NCBI GenBank assembly: GCA_964464605.1
Contig: CAYXJN010000008.1
Coordinates: 1 to 64,000 of the forward strand
DNA: 64,000 nucleotides
Origin: an uncultured Ignavibacteriales bacterium
Lineage (GTDB): Bacteria; Zixibacteria; MSB-5A5; GN15; FEB-12
Direction of reading: 5' to 3'
The translations under genes were made by a program, and so were the position numbers. The notes under the pieces were generated by a model, which worked only from the letters and a program-made list of their open reading frames with translations, was not told where the DNA came from and ran no database searches. Below, piece by piece: positions 1-10,466 of the stretch; the first letter of the stretch is position 1, and each line of letters opens with the position of its first letter.

Positions 1-17
1 CTGTTCAGTCCCTTTTT

Positions 18-53
18 GGGTGGGTATCCAGACCGGATACCCACCCTTTTTTT
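18..53 (+). terminator. Intrinsic terminator of a gene upstream of the window
   Basis: Perfect 12-bp stem GGGTGGGTATCC/GGATACCCACCC, 5-nt loop, then T7. Confidence 0.8.
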
Positions 54-250
54 GCGCTTTGAAAGACAAGCGAAAAGCTGTATATTTTCGGGTATCTTTT
101 ACCTCACTACGAATATGATTTGTCGGTGTTAGGCATGAACTTTTTACCCGGACAAATTGTTTTGCCAACGGGATTTACCGAATCGAGAAACTTACCGATA
201 CAGAGAATAGATTTGAGTAGATGATAGATAAGTGTAAGGGAGTTAAACAG

Positions 251-2650
251 ATGATTCCAAGACGAGGTAACTTTTCGCGAGTAGGGCTAACCGGCATGCT
301 GATAGTTCTTTTCAGCATCAGTGCTGTTTCGGCCCGCGTGTACGAAAACGCCGCACAACCGAAGCCGTTTATCATTCCCGGTAAAGTAACCGTCGTGTTT
401 CACGACGGTGTCAACATCGAGAAAAAAAGCCAATCGTTTGGCCGTGTAAATTTTGGTATTCCAACGCTTGATCAAATTTTTGATAAAGCCCAGGCATCGG
501 CGGCTACCCGTATCTTCAACGGCAAAACCACCCAGTTTGCGACGGCAAGCGGAACGCTTGATTTATCCCGCTATTTTGAAATTACGGTGCCGGAAGATCA
601 AGATATAGCGGCGCTGGTTGAAGAATTAAAGCAAAATCCGAATGTAAAAATTGCCGAACCGGTGTGGGCGCTACCCTTGTTAGCGTCACCGAATGATCCG
701 TCATGGCCTAGCCAATGGGCAATGGAGCCGGCCGGTCCGGATCCTAATTTTTACACGGCTTGGGATACCGAAACCGGATCAGACAGTATCGTGTATGCGA
801 ACATCGATTCCGGAACACAGTATTCTCACCGTGATCTTGAACCGAATATCTGGGTGAATCCCGAAGAAGATATAGATGGTGACGGTGCGGTGTATGATCT
901 CGATGATCTCAATGGCATCGACGAAGACGGCAACGGCGTCATTGATGATCTTATCGGATACGACTTTTTTACCGGTCTGGGCGGAGGTGTTCAGGCGGGT
1001 GAAGATGCCGGTGTACCGGATTCAGACCCGAAAGACTGGGACGGACACGGTACACACGTAGCCGGTATTGTAGCTGCCGCAAATAACAACGGATTGGACG
1101 TAACCGGCGTAGCCGGCGGATGGTACGGCGGTCACCGTTCGTATCGCGGTGTTCGTATCATGGCTCTCCGAGTGGGTGCAACCGGATCGGACGGAAACGG
1201 CTATGTGAACTCCAATAACTGCGGAACGGCAATTGAATACGCCGCTGAAAACGGCGCTCGTGTTATTAACTGCAGCTGGGGATCATCCGGTACTGCTACG
1301 ATGATTGCCGGTATGGCTGCCTGCGCTTCTATGGGCGTTACCGTATGTCACGCCGCCGGAAATGATAATGCTGATGATCCTGATTATCTTGATGCCGATC
1401 CGAGCACGACCGTCTTATCGGTCGCGTCACTTGGTCCGAGCTCTGATGTTCGGTCCAGTTTTTCGAACTACGGAACATGGGTTGACGTTTCTGCTCCGGG
1501 TTCAAGCATTTTGAGCACCTATTCGAATCATTACACGGCAACAACCGCTACCCTTTCCGGTACCTCAATGGCCTCACCGATGGTAGCGGGTCTTGCTATG
1601 CTCATTCGTTCGGCCAAGCCGTCATTAAGCAAAGCACGTGTCGATAGCATAATCACAGCAACTGCTGATAATATCGATGCTTCGAATCCGACCTTCATTG
1701 GTCAGCTTGGCACCGGCCGTATTAATGCTGTCAGTGCACTGGCCGGTTTACCTATCGCGAAATTCACCTCAAGTATTTCTGATGGTAACGTTCCGCATAT
1801 GGTTAACTTTACGGATGCCTCTCCGGGCAGCCCATCGGCGTGGAAATGGTACTTTGGAACGGGTGATTCTTCGACACTACAGAATCCTTCATTTACGTAT
1901 CTTAATCCCGGCATCTATGATGTATCACTGCTTACGACTACCGGTAATCCGTTTGGTCCCGGTGAAGAACATCTGAAACGGTATGTCTGGGCCCGTGCTG
2001 ATACGATTAAGATCGATTCCGTTCAGGGTGTAAAGGGCAGCAACGTTGTTCTGCCGATTCGTTTGCACAACACGGCTCTGGTAAAAGAAATTAACTTTGC
2101 GTTTGAAGTGGAAGGCGCATCCGGTATTTCATATGTCAGTCACGACGTAACCGGGTTGAGAACGAGTTATTTCAGTTCAGTTACGATTGACGGATTCGAA
2201 TCACTTTCCAAAGTAAATATCAAGCTACGCTCCAGCGGTACCGGACAATCAGACTATCTTACTCCTGACACCGGTGTTGTGCTTAAGATAACCTTTGCGA
2301 TCGACTCAAGCGCCGTAACCGGAGTATATGTCGTGGACTCCGCCACGGTTGCCGGAACAAAGAAACCCAATATCTCCACGATTTACGGTGATTATTGGCC
2401 TATTCATATTCCGGGTAAAATCGTCGTTGCTGGATGTTGCGTCGGTATTCGCGGCAATGTGAACAATATAGGTGGTATTACAGTTGCCGACTTGACCTAT
2501 CTCGTGCAGTATCTGTTCAACGAAGGCGCAGCGCCTGCGTGTACAGAAGAAGCAAATGTGAACGGTCTAAGTTCTATTACTGTTGCCGATCTTACGTATT
2601 TAGTACAATACTTATTCAACGGCGGAGCACAGCCCCCGTCTTGCCCGTGA
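251..2650 (+). CDS. Secreted S8 subtilisin-like peptidase with PKD, cohesin-like and C-terminal dockerin domains
   Basis: Signal peptide; triad motifs IDSG, HGTHVAG, GTSMASP; PKD (WYFGTG...PGIYDVSL); ~140-aa beta-rich domain; duplicated TVADLTYLVQYLFN. Start 251 preferred over 221. Confidence 0.9.
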   Translation: MIPRRGNFSRVGLTGMLIVLFSISAVSARVYENAAQPKPFIIPGKVTVVFHDGVNIEKKSQSFGRVNFGIPTLDQIFDKAQASAATRIFNGKTTQFATASGTLDLSRYFEITVPEDQDIAALVEELKQNPNVKIAEPVWALPLLASPNDPSWPSQWAMEPAGPDPNFYTAWDTETGSDSIVYANIDSGTQYSHRDLEPNIWVNPEEDIDGDGAVYDLDDLNGIDEDGNGVIDDLIGYDFFTGLGGGVQAGEDAGVPDSDPKDWDGHGTHVAGIVAAANNNGLDVTGVAGGWYGGHRSYRGVRIMALRVGATGSDGNGYVNSNNCGTAIEYAAENGARVINCSWGSSGTATMIAGMAACASMGVTVCHAAGNDNADDPDYLDADPSTTVLSVASLGPSSDVRSSFSNYGTWVDVSAPGSSILSTYSNHYTATTATLSGTSMASPMVAGLAMLIRSAKPSLSKARVDSIITATADNIDASNPTFIGQLGTGRINAVSALAGLPIAKFTSSISDGNVPHMVNFTDASPGSPSAWKWYFGTGDSSTLQNPSFTYLNPGIYDVSLLTTTGNPFGPGEEHLKRYVWARADTIKIDSVQGVKGSNVVLPIRLHNTALVKEINFAFEVEGASGISYVSHDVTGLRTSYFSSVTIDGFESLSKVNIKLRSSGTGQSDYLTPDTGVVLKITFAIDSSAVTGVYVVDSATVAGTKKPNISTIYGDYWPIHIPGKIVVAGCCVGIRGNVNNIGGITVADLTYLVQYLFNEGAAPACTEEANVNGLSSITVADLTYLVQYLFNGGAQPPSCP

Positions 2651-2672
2651 TCGACTTTACATAACGTAAATA

Positions 2673-2712
2673 AAACGGCCGTAAGTCATTGACTTACGGC
2701 CGTTTGCTTTTT
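2673..2712 (+). terminator. Intrinsic terminator
   Basis: 15-bp stem AAACGGCCGTAAGTC/GACTTACGGCCGTTT with T-rich tail after the S8 stop. Confidence 0.75.
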
Positions 2713-2949
2713 CGCGACATAGAGATATTTTGTTGCGTAACGGTCAATAAATTACCGTTTAATTTCGAGAATATCTTTGCCTTAGGTATTTGAACTTTTA
2801 TATATTATTGCACGTCATTTCGTATACATACGTCTGCTTACGTGTAAGAGTGGTATGTTTGTACGTTTTGCGTGTATATAGCCCTTTGTTTTTCAAAAAA
2901 CTGAAACAGAAGAAAAGAGAACCATAGTATGTCATGGAGACCCCAACGA

Positions 2950-3879
2950 ATGAAACAAATGATAAATTGTCTGGCTGTTGTCTTATTGCTTTTGGCCGGT
3001 TCTGTCCAGTCTCAGGAAGTTGTCGCCGGTGCGTATGAGCTCGTAGCTGTAGATAGCGCGGCGTTCAAAGCCGGTACCACTGATACGATTAATTCCGGTA
3101 GTACCATGCGGTTCTGGATTACGATGGACAATAATTCGGCTTTCAACGTCGTCGGTTCGAGTAATGGGTTTGAAGTTTATTCACCGGACGGTGCGACGTG
3201 GACAACCACCACGATCGATACGTTTGCTCATGGTGGCGTAGCGGTTTTCGGCAAGACGCAGTATGACGGTGGCTACTTCTTTAACACCTTTAGCATCAAC
3301 GGTCAGGGTTCTGACACGCTCGCTATCGGCGGTTTTTCAATTTTTGGTGCCGGTATGGATCCGAATACCCGTTACGACAGTGCCTATACGCTTACCGCAG
3401 GTCCGATTCCTGCCGGTATCGCGGGTGGCAATCATGGCAAACACCTTTGCATTGATTCAATATTCACCTACGGCCCGAATGAATGGACATGGAGCGATAT
3501 CGTCGATCCGACGGTCATTCGTCCGGCGTGGGGCGGTCCGTACTGCTGGGTAATTTGGGATCAACAAACCCCGGTAAAAGAACATGGTGGCGCACTCCCC
3601 GGTTCGTTTGCCTTGGCACAGAACTACCCGAATCCGTTCAACCCGAGCACCGAAATTAAGTTCGACATCCCTGAGAAATCACATGTCACGCTTACTATCT
3701 ACAACGTGCTTGGTCAGGAAGTAAAAGTGCTGGTGAACGAAGACCTCTCCGCTGGTAACTACAGCGAAGTCTGGGATGGTCGCGATGCCCGTGGCAAACA
3801 GGTTACGACCGGCGTTTACTTCTACAAACTCCAGGCTGGCACTTGGTCTGAAACCAAAAAGATGACTTTCTTGAAGTAG
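2950..3879 (+). CDS. Secreted protein with T9SS type A/FlgD-like C-terminal sorting domain; N-terminal beta-sandwich, possibly cohesin-like
   Basis: Signal peptide; QNYPNPFNPSTEIKF...WDGRD...GVYFYKL...KKMTFLK tail; GGAGA upstream of ATG 2950. Confidence 0.8.
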   Translation: MKQMINCLAVVLLLLAGSVQSQEVVAGAYELVAVDSAAFKAGTTDTINSGSTMRFWITMDNNSAFNVVGSSNGFEVYSPDGATWTTTTIDTFAHGGVAVFGKTQYDGGYFFNTFSINGQGSDTLAIGGFSIFGAGMDPNTRYDSAYTLTAGPIPAGIAGGNHGKHLCIDSIFTYGPNEWTWSDIVDPTVIRPAWGGPYCWVIWDQQTPVKEHGGALPGSFALAQNYPNPFNPSTEIKFDIPEKSHVTLTIYNVLGQEVKVLVNEDLSAGNYSEVWDGRDARGKQVTTGVYFYKLQAGTWSETKKMTFLK

Positions 3880-3904
3880 ACTTTTTATTACTTTTGACTT
3901 TCCA

Positions 3905-3932
3905 ACCCCGGAATGACCTTTCGGGGTTTTTT
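3905..3932 (+). terminator. Intrinsic terminator
   Basis: AACCCCGGAA...TTCGGGGTT hairpin followed by T-run. Confidence 0.7.
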
Positions 3933-4079
3933 ATTACCCGAAACCACATTGGCCATTGTACTTGTTTGTCCCGTAACAAGTTATGCGATTTCTGTTGACA
4001 GCATCTGGCGGCAATGCTATTCTGTAAGTCTACCCTAAACGCGTTGTAAAACATAACTTGTTGAAATATAAGGCTTTAT

Positions 4080-6260
4080 ATGCTTGGCGTCATTACAAAT
4101 AAGTTCTCCATTGGAAAGGAGACTTACCAGCCGCATTCTGCGGAGTTTCATTATTTCAGAGTTGAAAAGAAGTACTGGGCGGTCTGTTTTGAGCGCATAA
4201 AGCGCGCAGGCTTCAAGATAATTTCGACTGCTGTTCCCTGGTCGGTTCATCTTGTCGATAACCGTACGCTCGATTTTGCCGGTCTTACCGACCCACGGCG
4301 TGACTTGGTTGTGTTTCTTGAATTAGCGCGTGAATTTGGGTTCAAAGTTATTTTGCGCCCCGGCCCGCGTGTCGACGGCCAGCTTGAAAACGGCGGGCTA
4401 CCGAAGTTTTTGCTTTCTGACCCGAAAGCGATGGCAAAGAATGCCGCCGGAAAAGATCAGGAAGTGCCGTCATCGTACGGCGTTCCGGGCGGTCATCTGC
4501 CGAGCTATTTGCATTCCAATTATCAGTTCAACGTTAAGAATTATTTGAAAGCATTTATCGAAATTACCAAAAACTATGTCCACCCGCGCGGACCGATTTT
4601 CATGGTTGAGCTCGATTATGAAACTTCCTACGGCTATCTGCTCAACCCGGACAGCGCCGATTACAATCCGGAAGTGCTTTCACAATATTACGGTCCGTTT
4701 TTGGAATCACGCTATGGTGATATCAAAAAACTGAATACGATTTACAAAGAGAAAAACGACACCTTTGCGAAAATTACGCCGCCCAAAAAATTCAACGATC
4801 TGGATGTGAAAGATTATCCGAAAGTGCTCGACTGGATGCGGTATCGTGAGTACATGCTCAATGTCTATTTGAATGACATGGAAGATGTTTTCAAATCGTA
4901 TACGGTTGAACCGTTATTGTTCCGCTCACTCTATTTCAAATCAGGCGATCTGCTGCCAGCGTTTAATTTGGTACCGGAAGATCGCGCGCCGTTTTTAGCG
5001 GCCAATGTATTCCCCGGAGGGAAATACTTCGATATGCTCGTGAAAGCGCGTTATCTGCAGGCGGAGCATGGATTCGCGTATGCATCCTCGTTTGTTTCCG
5101 GCGCTGCTGCGGTCGATCCGGTTCGTGAAGCGAAAGTCGCGCCGATTACCGAAAATACCCGCCGGTTCTATCTGGCCGGTGCGTATGCTGCCGGATTCCG
5201 CGGATTGAATCATTATATGTTTGTGGATCGTGATTATTGGTATGGCGCCCCCCTGATGAGTGATGGCTCCATGGCCAACGGTTACGAAGCCGCCCGTCAG
5301 TTCACGACGGTGATGACCTCGATCGGGACGGAAACGATGGATACCAAGCGTGACATCGCCGTTGTCGGTAATCGGTTGTATTCCTGGTTGCGGCTCACTG
5401 AAAGCACCAAGCAGTTTACCAATCTCAAACAGTTGCTCGACGAATCGACGGTTGGTTTCTGTCGTGACCTTGCCCGTTTGAAACTCAATTTCGGTGTGCG
5501 GGAAATGCGGGATATGGAATCGCTCAACAAATATAAACTGGTCTTTATGCCGGTTGCTGAAATGATGCCGGAGAAAGAGCAGGAAGGTATTGTTGAGTTA
5601 GCCAAAGCGGGTGTGAATCTTGTCCTGTGTGGATTGATGCCGCGATTTGATGAAAATATGCATGACTGCCAGGTGCTGGCGAACCATTTCCGTATTAAAA
5701 CAACTCTGGAACACGGTATTGCGGAAATCAGCCATAAAGGCGGCACGTTTACGTCGTATGTATACGGTTCTATCCGCAGCACAGATGACTCCAAAGTGAA
5801 GAAATTGGTGAAAGCGGGTACATCGCTCGTTGGTGTATCATCAACCCGGTTTAAAGGGACGCTGCACTTTTTCTCGTTCGATATTGCCTCCGGCGGGCAT
5901 CACCACAAGCTCGCCTTTATCGAATCGATATTGTCGGGTGCAGGCCATAACTCATACTTGTATTGCAGTGATCCATCGGTTGATATGTCGTTCATGTGCA
6001 ATGACAAGCGCGGACTGTTGTTTGTCGTCGTACCTCCGCCCGGAGAATTATCTGACGGATTTGAAGCCGGCAAGAAGCATGTCATCATCAAAGCTGATTT
6101 GAAAGAGGTCGGATTCAAAGCGACAAATCTCAAACTCGTTGATATTTTTGGCAGTGAAAGCTCTGAAGCGATTAAAGTAACGGCCAAAGAGTTGCAGGAT
6201 GGTATCGGGTTGGATGTCGGTTTTCCGGATGGAAAGATATTTGTCGTTGAGAAAAAATAA
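4080..6260 (+). CDS. GH35/GH42-like glycoside hydrolase (beta-galactosidase / GlmA exo-glucosaminidase-like) with atypical active-site motifs
   Basis: AEFHYFRV, VPWSVH, VILRPGP, GGLP, GPIFMVELDYE, NHYMF motifs; C-terminal trimerisation-like domain; no signal peptide. Confidence 0.75.
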   Translation: MLGVITNKFSIGKETYQPHSAEFHYFRVEKKYWAVCFERIKRAGFKIISTAVPWSVHLVDNRTLDFAGLTDPRRDLVVFLELAREFGFKVILRPGPRVDGQLENGGLPKFLLSDPKAMAKNAAGKDQEVPSSYGVPGGHLPSYLHSNYQFNVKNYLKAFIEITKNYVHPRGPIFMVELDYETSYGYLLNPDSADYNPEVLSQYYGPFLESRYGDIKKLNTIYKEKNDTFAKITPPKKFNDLDVKDYPKVLDWMRYREYMLNVYLNDMEDVFKSYTVEPLLFRSLYFKSGDLLPAFNLVPEDRAPFLAANVFPGGKYFDMLVKARYLQAEHGFAYASSFVSGAAAVDPVREAKVAPITENTRRFYLAGAYAAGFRGLNHYMFVDRDYWYGAPLMSDGSMANGYEAARQFTTVMTSIGTETMDTKRDIAVVGNRLYSWLRLTESTKQFTNLKQLLDESTVGFCRDLARLKLNFGVREMRDMESLNKYKLVFMPVAEMMPEKEQEGIVELAKAGVNLVLCGLMPRFDENMHDCQVLANHFRIKTTLEHGIAEISHKGGTFTSYVYGSIRSTDDSKVKKLVKAGTSLVGVSSTRFKGTLHFFSFDIASGGHHHKLAFIESILSGAGHNSYLYCSDPSVDMSFMCNDKRGLLFVVVPPPGELSDGFEAGKKHVIIKADLKEVGFKATNLKLVDIFGSESSEAIKVTAKELQDGIGLDVGFPDGKIFVVEKK

Positions 6261-6279
6261 CGACAGGTAAATAGAATGT

Positions 6280-6320
6280 AAACGGCAGGTTTCGTAATCG
6301 GAACCCGCCGTTTTTGTTTG
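6280..6320. terminator. Terminator hairpin between convergent genes
   Basis: AAACGGCAGGTTTCG...CGGAACCCGCCGTTT followed by TTGTTT. Confidence 0.6.
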
Positions 6321-7610
6321 TTACATTTGTAGTGGTGAAGGAGGAGTCGGCGGCGGTGGTGGGGTAGGTGGCTGTAATTCGCTATATGGCTTGAATTCTT
6401 TAATCGCCAACACAATGCTGCCGATACCGATGATGCTAACAAACATATAAATCCACCAACCGCCGAACGGAATCATGAAAATAGTCGAGAGTAACAGTAA
6501 TCCTAAAAGTAGTTGTAGTGCACTCACCGGTTTCGCCTGTCTCGAGAATTTGCTGCTAATCCAGAATCCTACTACCAACGCCGTTATAATCTTTCCGATA
6601 TAGAATAGCACAGCGCCGCATACCGTTGCGACCGAGGTAATCGGAATCAGCAAAATTGAAAGGCCAAGCACAACCGCACCTCCGGGGCCGGCATCACTGC
6701 TGATGAGAATAAGCCCCAAAAGTGACATACCCAGTGAAACGACAAGAATAATGCCGCAGACGATCATAATAATCAGGCTGAGCATGCCGACGGCCAATGA
6801 TTGCGCGAAGTGGAATCGTAATTGTGTAACCGACTGTTGTGCGTAACGGCGAAATAAACGAATTAAGAGAACACCGAACAAAAATGCAGCGAACAGTTTC
6901 GCGATCATCAGCATCACATCCGAAAAGCCGAATGCTTCTTCTTCATTTTCTTCCTTAGTTGGCTTCTGAATCGTTACCGTTCCGAGAATAGAAACGCCGG
7001 ACGCCGTATCGATGGTAACTTCTTTATTCGTTTCGATCAGCAGATTTCCTTTGATAACGACAGGAGGGACGAAGGTAATGTGATCGCTGCGGATGAACAT
7101 ATCCCCGTCGGTTGAACCGCCGATGGTGACATCATCCCCTTTGGCGGTTAATTTTCCAAGACAGGTTCCTTCGTATGAAATCGTCGTCGCCATAAGGTGC
7201 GCATCCCGACCGATTGTTGCAGAGCGATCTACCGATACCGTGCTGCCCATAACCATAAGTGATTTTCCGATCGAACCGGAAACTATCGTACCGTTGGCAA
7301 AGCAGCGGAGTGAGCCATCGACCGTCCCGTGCCAAACGATGTTGTTGGCGCCAAGATTTGCCGAGCCGGTTACCTGACCGTTGACAGTCGCTTCAGAGCT
7401 TCCGCTGAATAAATCACCGTTGATGACTCCATCCTGTATGTACTTTTGGCTCCAGATAAACAGGTCATCATCGATATGATGCAAATTTGTTATATGGCTT
7501 CGTTTTGCTGTTTGGAATGTTGTGGCGTTGAGCGGCGTCGCCCAAAAAACGAATGCCAATGCGAGAGCAAGAAGGACTCGACATGCAGTGAGGGAAGAGT
7601 TTGTTCGCAT
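6321..7610 (-). CDS. Membrane protein with polymer-forming (bactofilin-like) beta-helix repeats and C-terminal multi-TM domain
   Basis: Signal peptide; repeated I/V-x-G-x-V/I-x-G-D/S units; about five C-terminal TM helices; Pro-rich tail. Confidence 0.75.
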   Translation of the reverse strand: MRTNSSLTACRVLLALALAFVFWATPLNATTFQTAKRSHITNLHHIDDDLFIWSQKYIQDGVINGDLFSGSSEATVNGQVTGSANLGANNIVWHGTVDGSLRCFANGTIVSGSIGKSLMVMGSTVSVDRSATIGRDAHLMATTISYEGTCLGKLTAKGDDVTIGGSTDGDMFIRSDHITFVPPVVIKGNLLIETNKEVTIDTASGVSILGTVTIQKPTKEENEEEAFGFSDVMLMIAKLFAAFLFGVLLIRLFRRYAQQSVTQLRFHFAQSLAVGMLSLIIMIVCGIILVVSLGMSLLGLILISSDAGPGGAVVLGLSILLIPITSVATVCGAVLFYIGKIITALVVGFWISSKFSRQAKPVSALQLLLGLLLLSTIFMIPFGGWWIYMFVSIIGIGSIVLAIKEFKPYSELQPPTPPPPPTPPSPLQM

Positions 7611-7869
7611 AGTCACGGCCAGTATATAGTTCTCAACGGCTAAAATCATCAGAAAATCTGCGTTCTCACTGCTTTGGGTTTCAGTTTGAAACGTCAATTC
7701 GTCGACTTTTGACAGTCTTTTGCTGCCTTATCCTGATAAACGGGAGTTTGTAAACCAAGTTGCACGAGGAGCCTGAAAAAAATGGCCGAAAATCGGTAAA
7801 TCGCTTTGCTGTTCAATAAATTAGCCGGCCACTCAGCCGATATACCAAAATGAAGCAGGCCAACAGATA

Positions 7870-9426
7870 ATGCAGATATTTACGGTACGCAGCAAAACTC
7901 TTCTCCCTCGGGTCGACACCATATTTTTGGTTGCTCGCGCTGTTGTACTTTTAGCCATCATTTCCGTCATCATTTTCGGTAAATCAACTGAGATCAATGC
8001 CGCGCTGTATGCGTTTATGGGTGTCAATCTTTTGCACTTTGTTTATTTCCAGCAGGCGGTGCGGGGGCGATTCGAAATCAAGTTAGCCTACTTATCATCG
8101 ATCGTTTTCGATCTGGTTTGGGTGCCGTTCATGATCATGCTGACCGGTAATCTCGATTCTTCGTTTTATCTCTGGTATTTCATGATTATTACCGCCAGCG
8201 CATATGTGCTTATTCCTTCACTTGCAACCGTCGTTACGATTATCGCTTCAATCACCTATGCCGTTACCACGCTGGGTCATCTTTCGTTTGAACAAACGTT
8301 CGATTTTGCGCTGCGGCTTGGCTTTTTGTGGATGTATCATGTCGCAATTCTCTACACCGCGGAATTCCAGCAAAAGTCGGAAAAGCGGTTGTTGAAACTC
8401 TTCGATACGCTGAACAGCCGGACGGCGGAGCTCGAAAAATCGCAGGCGCGAATCGAAGTTATTTATGAAAACTCCCGTGTGCTCGCGTCTATTCTGGATG
8501 TTGATGATGTCGTCAAAGAGGTCATGCGAATCCTCGGATCGATTTTACAGTACAACAGCTATGCTTTAGTACTCAAAGATCGCAGCGGCCACCTGTTTTA
8601 TCGTGCCCGCACTGTAGCTGGAAAACGAAGTTTGAAACCTGTTGCCATTAACGGGGAAGAACAACCGCTGTTGCGCAGCGTTATAGATCAGGGAGAGCCG
8701 GTACGGATAAATGATTTGCGCGGCAGGTCGGATTTCCAGCCTTTGAGCAAAGACGGAATTTCGGTCATGATTGTGCCCTTGGCTCTGCACGGCACGATAT
8801 CCGGCGCGTTAGTAGCTGAATCCGATTTGGCGGATGGATTCAAAGACAGGGATATGCAGATGTTCTCGATTGTCGCCCGCTCGGCGGCGATGGCTTTGGA
8901 CAATGCGATGCTCCACCGCCAGACGGAAGAACTGACTATCGTTGACGGGCTGACGGAAACGTACAATTATCGCTACTTTGCGCAGAAACTGCAGGAAGAA
9001 AAACGGCGTGCCATGCGCTATCAGTTGCCGCTTTCGTTGATTATGGTTGACATCGACTTCTTTAAAAAGCTCAATGATTCGTATGGCCACGAAGTTGGTA
9101 ATTTAGTATTGAAAGTATTGTCTCGTATCATAAAGGGCTGTATTCGCGATGTTGATATTTTCTGCCGGTACGGGGGCGAGGAATTTGCCATCATTCTTCC
9201 GCAAACCGGACAGCGGGAGGCGTTCCGACTGGGTGAGCGTATCCGTGAACAGGTGGAACAGACCGTTATTCAGACCAGCGATGGCGGGAAAGTGAAAATT
9301 ACCGTTTCAGTCGGTATTTCATCCTTCCCTGAAAATGGCCGCTCTCAGGAAGAACTGGTAACAATCGCCGATCAGGCGTTGTACCAGGCTAAGGGCGAAG
9401 GTAGAAATTTAGTGTGTGTAAAATAG
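7870..9426 (+). CDS. Membrane-anchored GAF-GGDEF diguanylate cyclase
   Basis: N-terminal TM helices, GAF domain, DIDFFK, intact RYGGEEF and RxxD I-site (RDVD). Confidence 0.92.
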   Translation: MQIFTVRSKTLLPRVDTIFLVARAVVLLAIISVIIFGKSTEINAALYAFMGVNLLHFVYFQQAVRGRFEIKLAYLSSIVFDLVWVPFMIMLTGNLDSSFYLWYFMIITASAYVLIPSLATVVTIIASITYAVTTLGHLSFEQTFDFALRLGFLWMYHVAILYTAEFQQKSEKRLLKLFDTLNSRTAELEKSQARIEVIYENSRVLASILDVDDVVKEVMRILGSILQYNSYALVLKDRSGHLFYRARTVAGKRSLKPVAINGEEQPLLRSVIDQGEPVRINDLRGRSDFQPLSKDGISVMIVPLALHGTISGALVAESDLADGFKDRDMQMFSIVARSAAMALDNAMLHRQTEELTIVDGLTETYNYRYFAQKLQEEKRRAMRYQLPLSLIMVDIDFFKKLNDSYGHEVGNLVLKVLSRIIKGCIRDVDIFCRYGGEEFAIILPQTGQREAFRLGERIREQVEQTVIQTSDGGKVKITVSVGISSFPENGRSQEELVTIADQALYQAKGEGRNLVCVK

Positions 9427-9437
9427 ATGGGCTATGT

Positions 9438-10454
9438 ATGAATGATGAACTGAAACAAAAGCGGCAAAGCGACCAAATCGGTCAGCTTTTTGTGTGCAGT
9501 TATCGCGGTGAACGTCCTCCTGAATCCTTTCTGACATTCTTACGGGAACATCAGATCGGTGGGGTTATTTTGTTCGCCGATAACTGCCCGACTCATGAAA
9601 TAGCGCGGGAAAATATCCGCGTTATTCAGGAACAGTACAACGAAACGATTCCATTTATCGCTATTGATCAGGAAGGTGGACGAGTCTGCCGCCTGAAAGG
9701 TGCACCGGCGGAGTTTGCCTCGGCGGAAGAGTATGCATCCCGGTTGGGACTCGATGCCTTCCGTCAGGATTACTCCCGTTCGGCCATGTACATGGAATCA
9801 CTCGGTATTAATATCAATCTCGCTCCGGTGTGCGATCTGTTTATTGATCCGAAGAACAGCTGTATGAGCGGTCGTTGTTACGGCTTTGATCCGCAGAAAG
9901 CGGCTCAGTTCGTGAAAGCCTCGGTCGAAATATCGCATCATTCCGGTTTGCTGAGTTGCTGCAAGCATTTTCCGGGTTTAGGTGATGCCGCTATCGATCC
10001 GCATGTTGGCGCATCGAAGGCATCGTATACGCAGGAATTGTTCCTCCAGCGAGAGCAGATTCCGTTTTTAGCCGGTATTGATGCCGGCGCTGATATGGTG
10101 ATGACCACCCACTTGCAGGTGAAGTCGTTCGATACCACAATCGTTACCGGATCGCGTAAAATAGTAACGAACCTGCTTCGTGAGCAGATGGGTTTTGACG
10201 GCGTTATTATCACCGATGATTTGACTATGGGTGGCGCCGCGCCGCTTGGGGATATCGGCCAGCGCTCGATTGCGGCACTGAATGCCGGTCACGACATTTT
10301 GCTGTTCGGGCAGGATTTTGAATCCGCCAAGCAAGCGTACGAAGCGGTCACTGAAGCGGTTAAAAACGGCGTACTGCCGATGCAGCGAATTGATTCTGCC
10401 TTGCGCGCGATTTCCGGTTTAAAATCAACCTTGCGTCGCGTGCATATCAGTTAG
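9438..10454 (+). CDS. nagZ: Beta-N-acetylhexosaminidase (GH3)
   Basis: IDQEGGRV, NLAPVCD, KHFPGLG-x4-DPH, ITDDLTMG. Confidence 0.9.
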   Translation: MNDELKQKRQSDQIGQLFVCSYRGERPPESFLTFLREHQIGGVILFADNCPTHEIARENIRVIQEQYNETIPFIAIDQEGGRVCRLKGAPAEFASAEEYASRLGLDAFRQDYSRSAMYMESLGININLAPVCDLFIDPKNSCMSGRCYGFDPQKAAQFVKASVEISHHSGLLSCCKHFPGLGDAAIDPHVGASKASYTQELFLQREQIPFLAGIDAGADMVMTTHLQVKSFDTTIVTGSRKIVTNLLREQMGFDGVIITDDLTMGGAAPLGDIGQRSIAALNAGHDILLFGQDFESAKQAYEAVTEAVKNGVLPMQRIDSALRAISGLKSTLRRVHIS

Positions 10455-10466
10455 TTTATACGTTGC

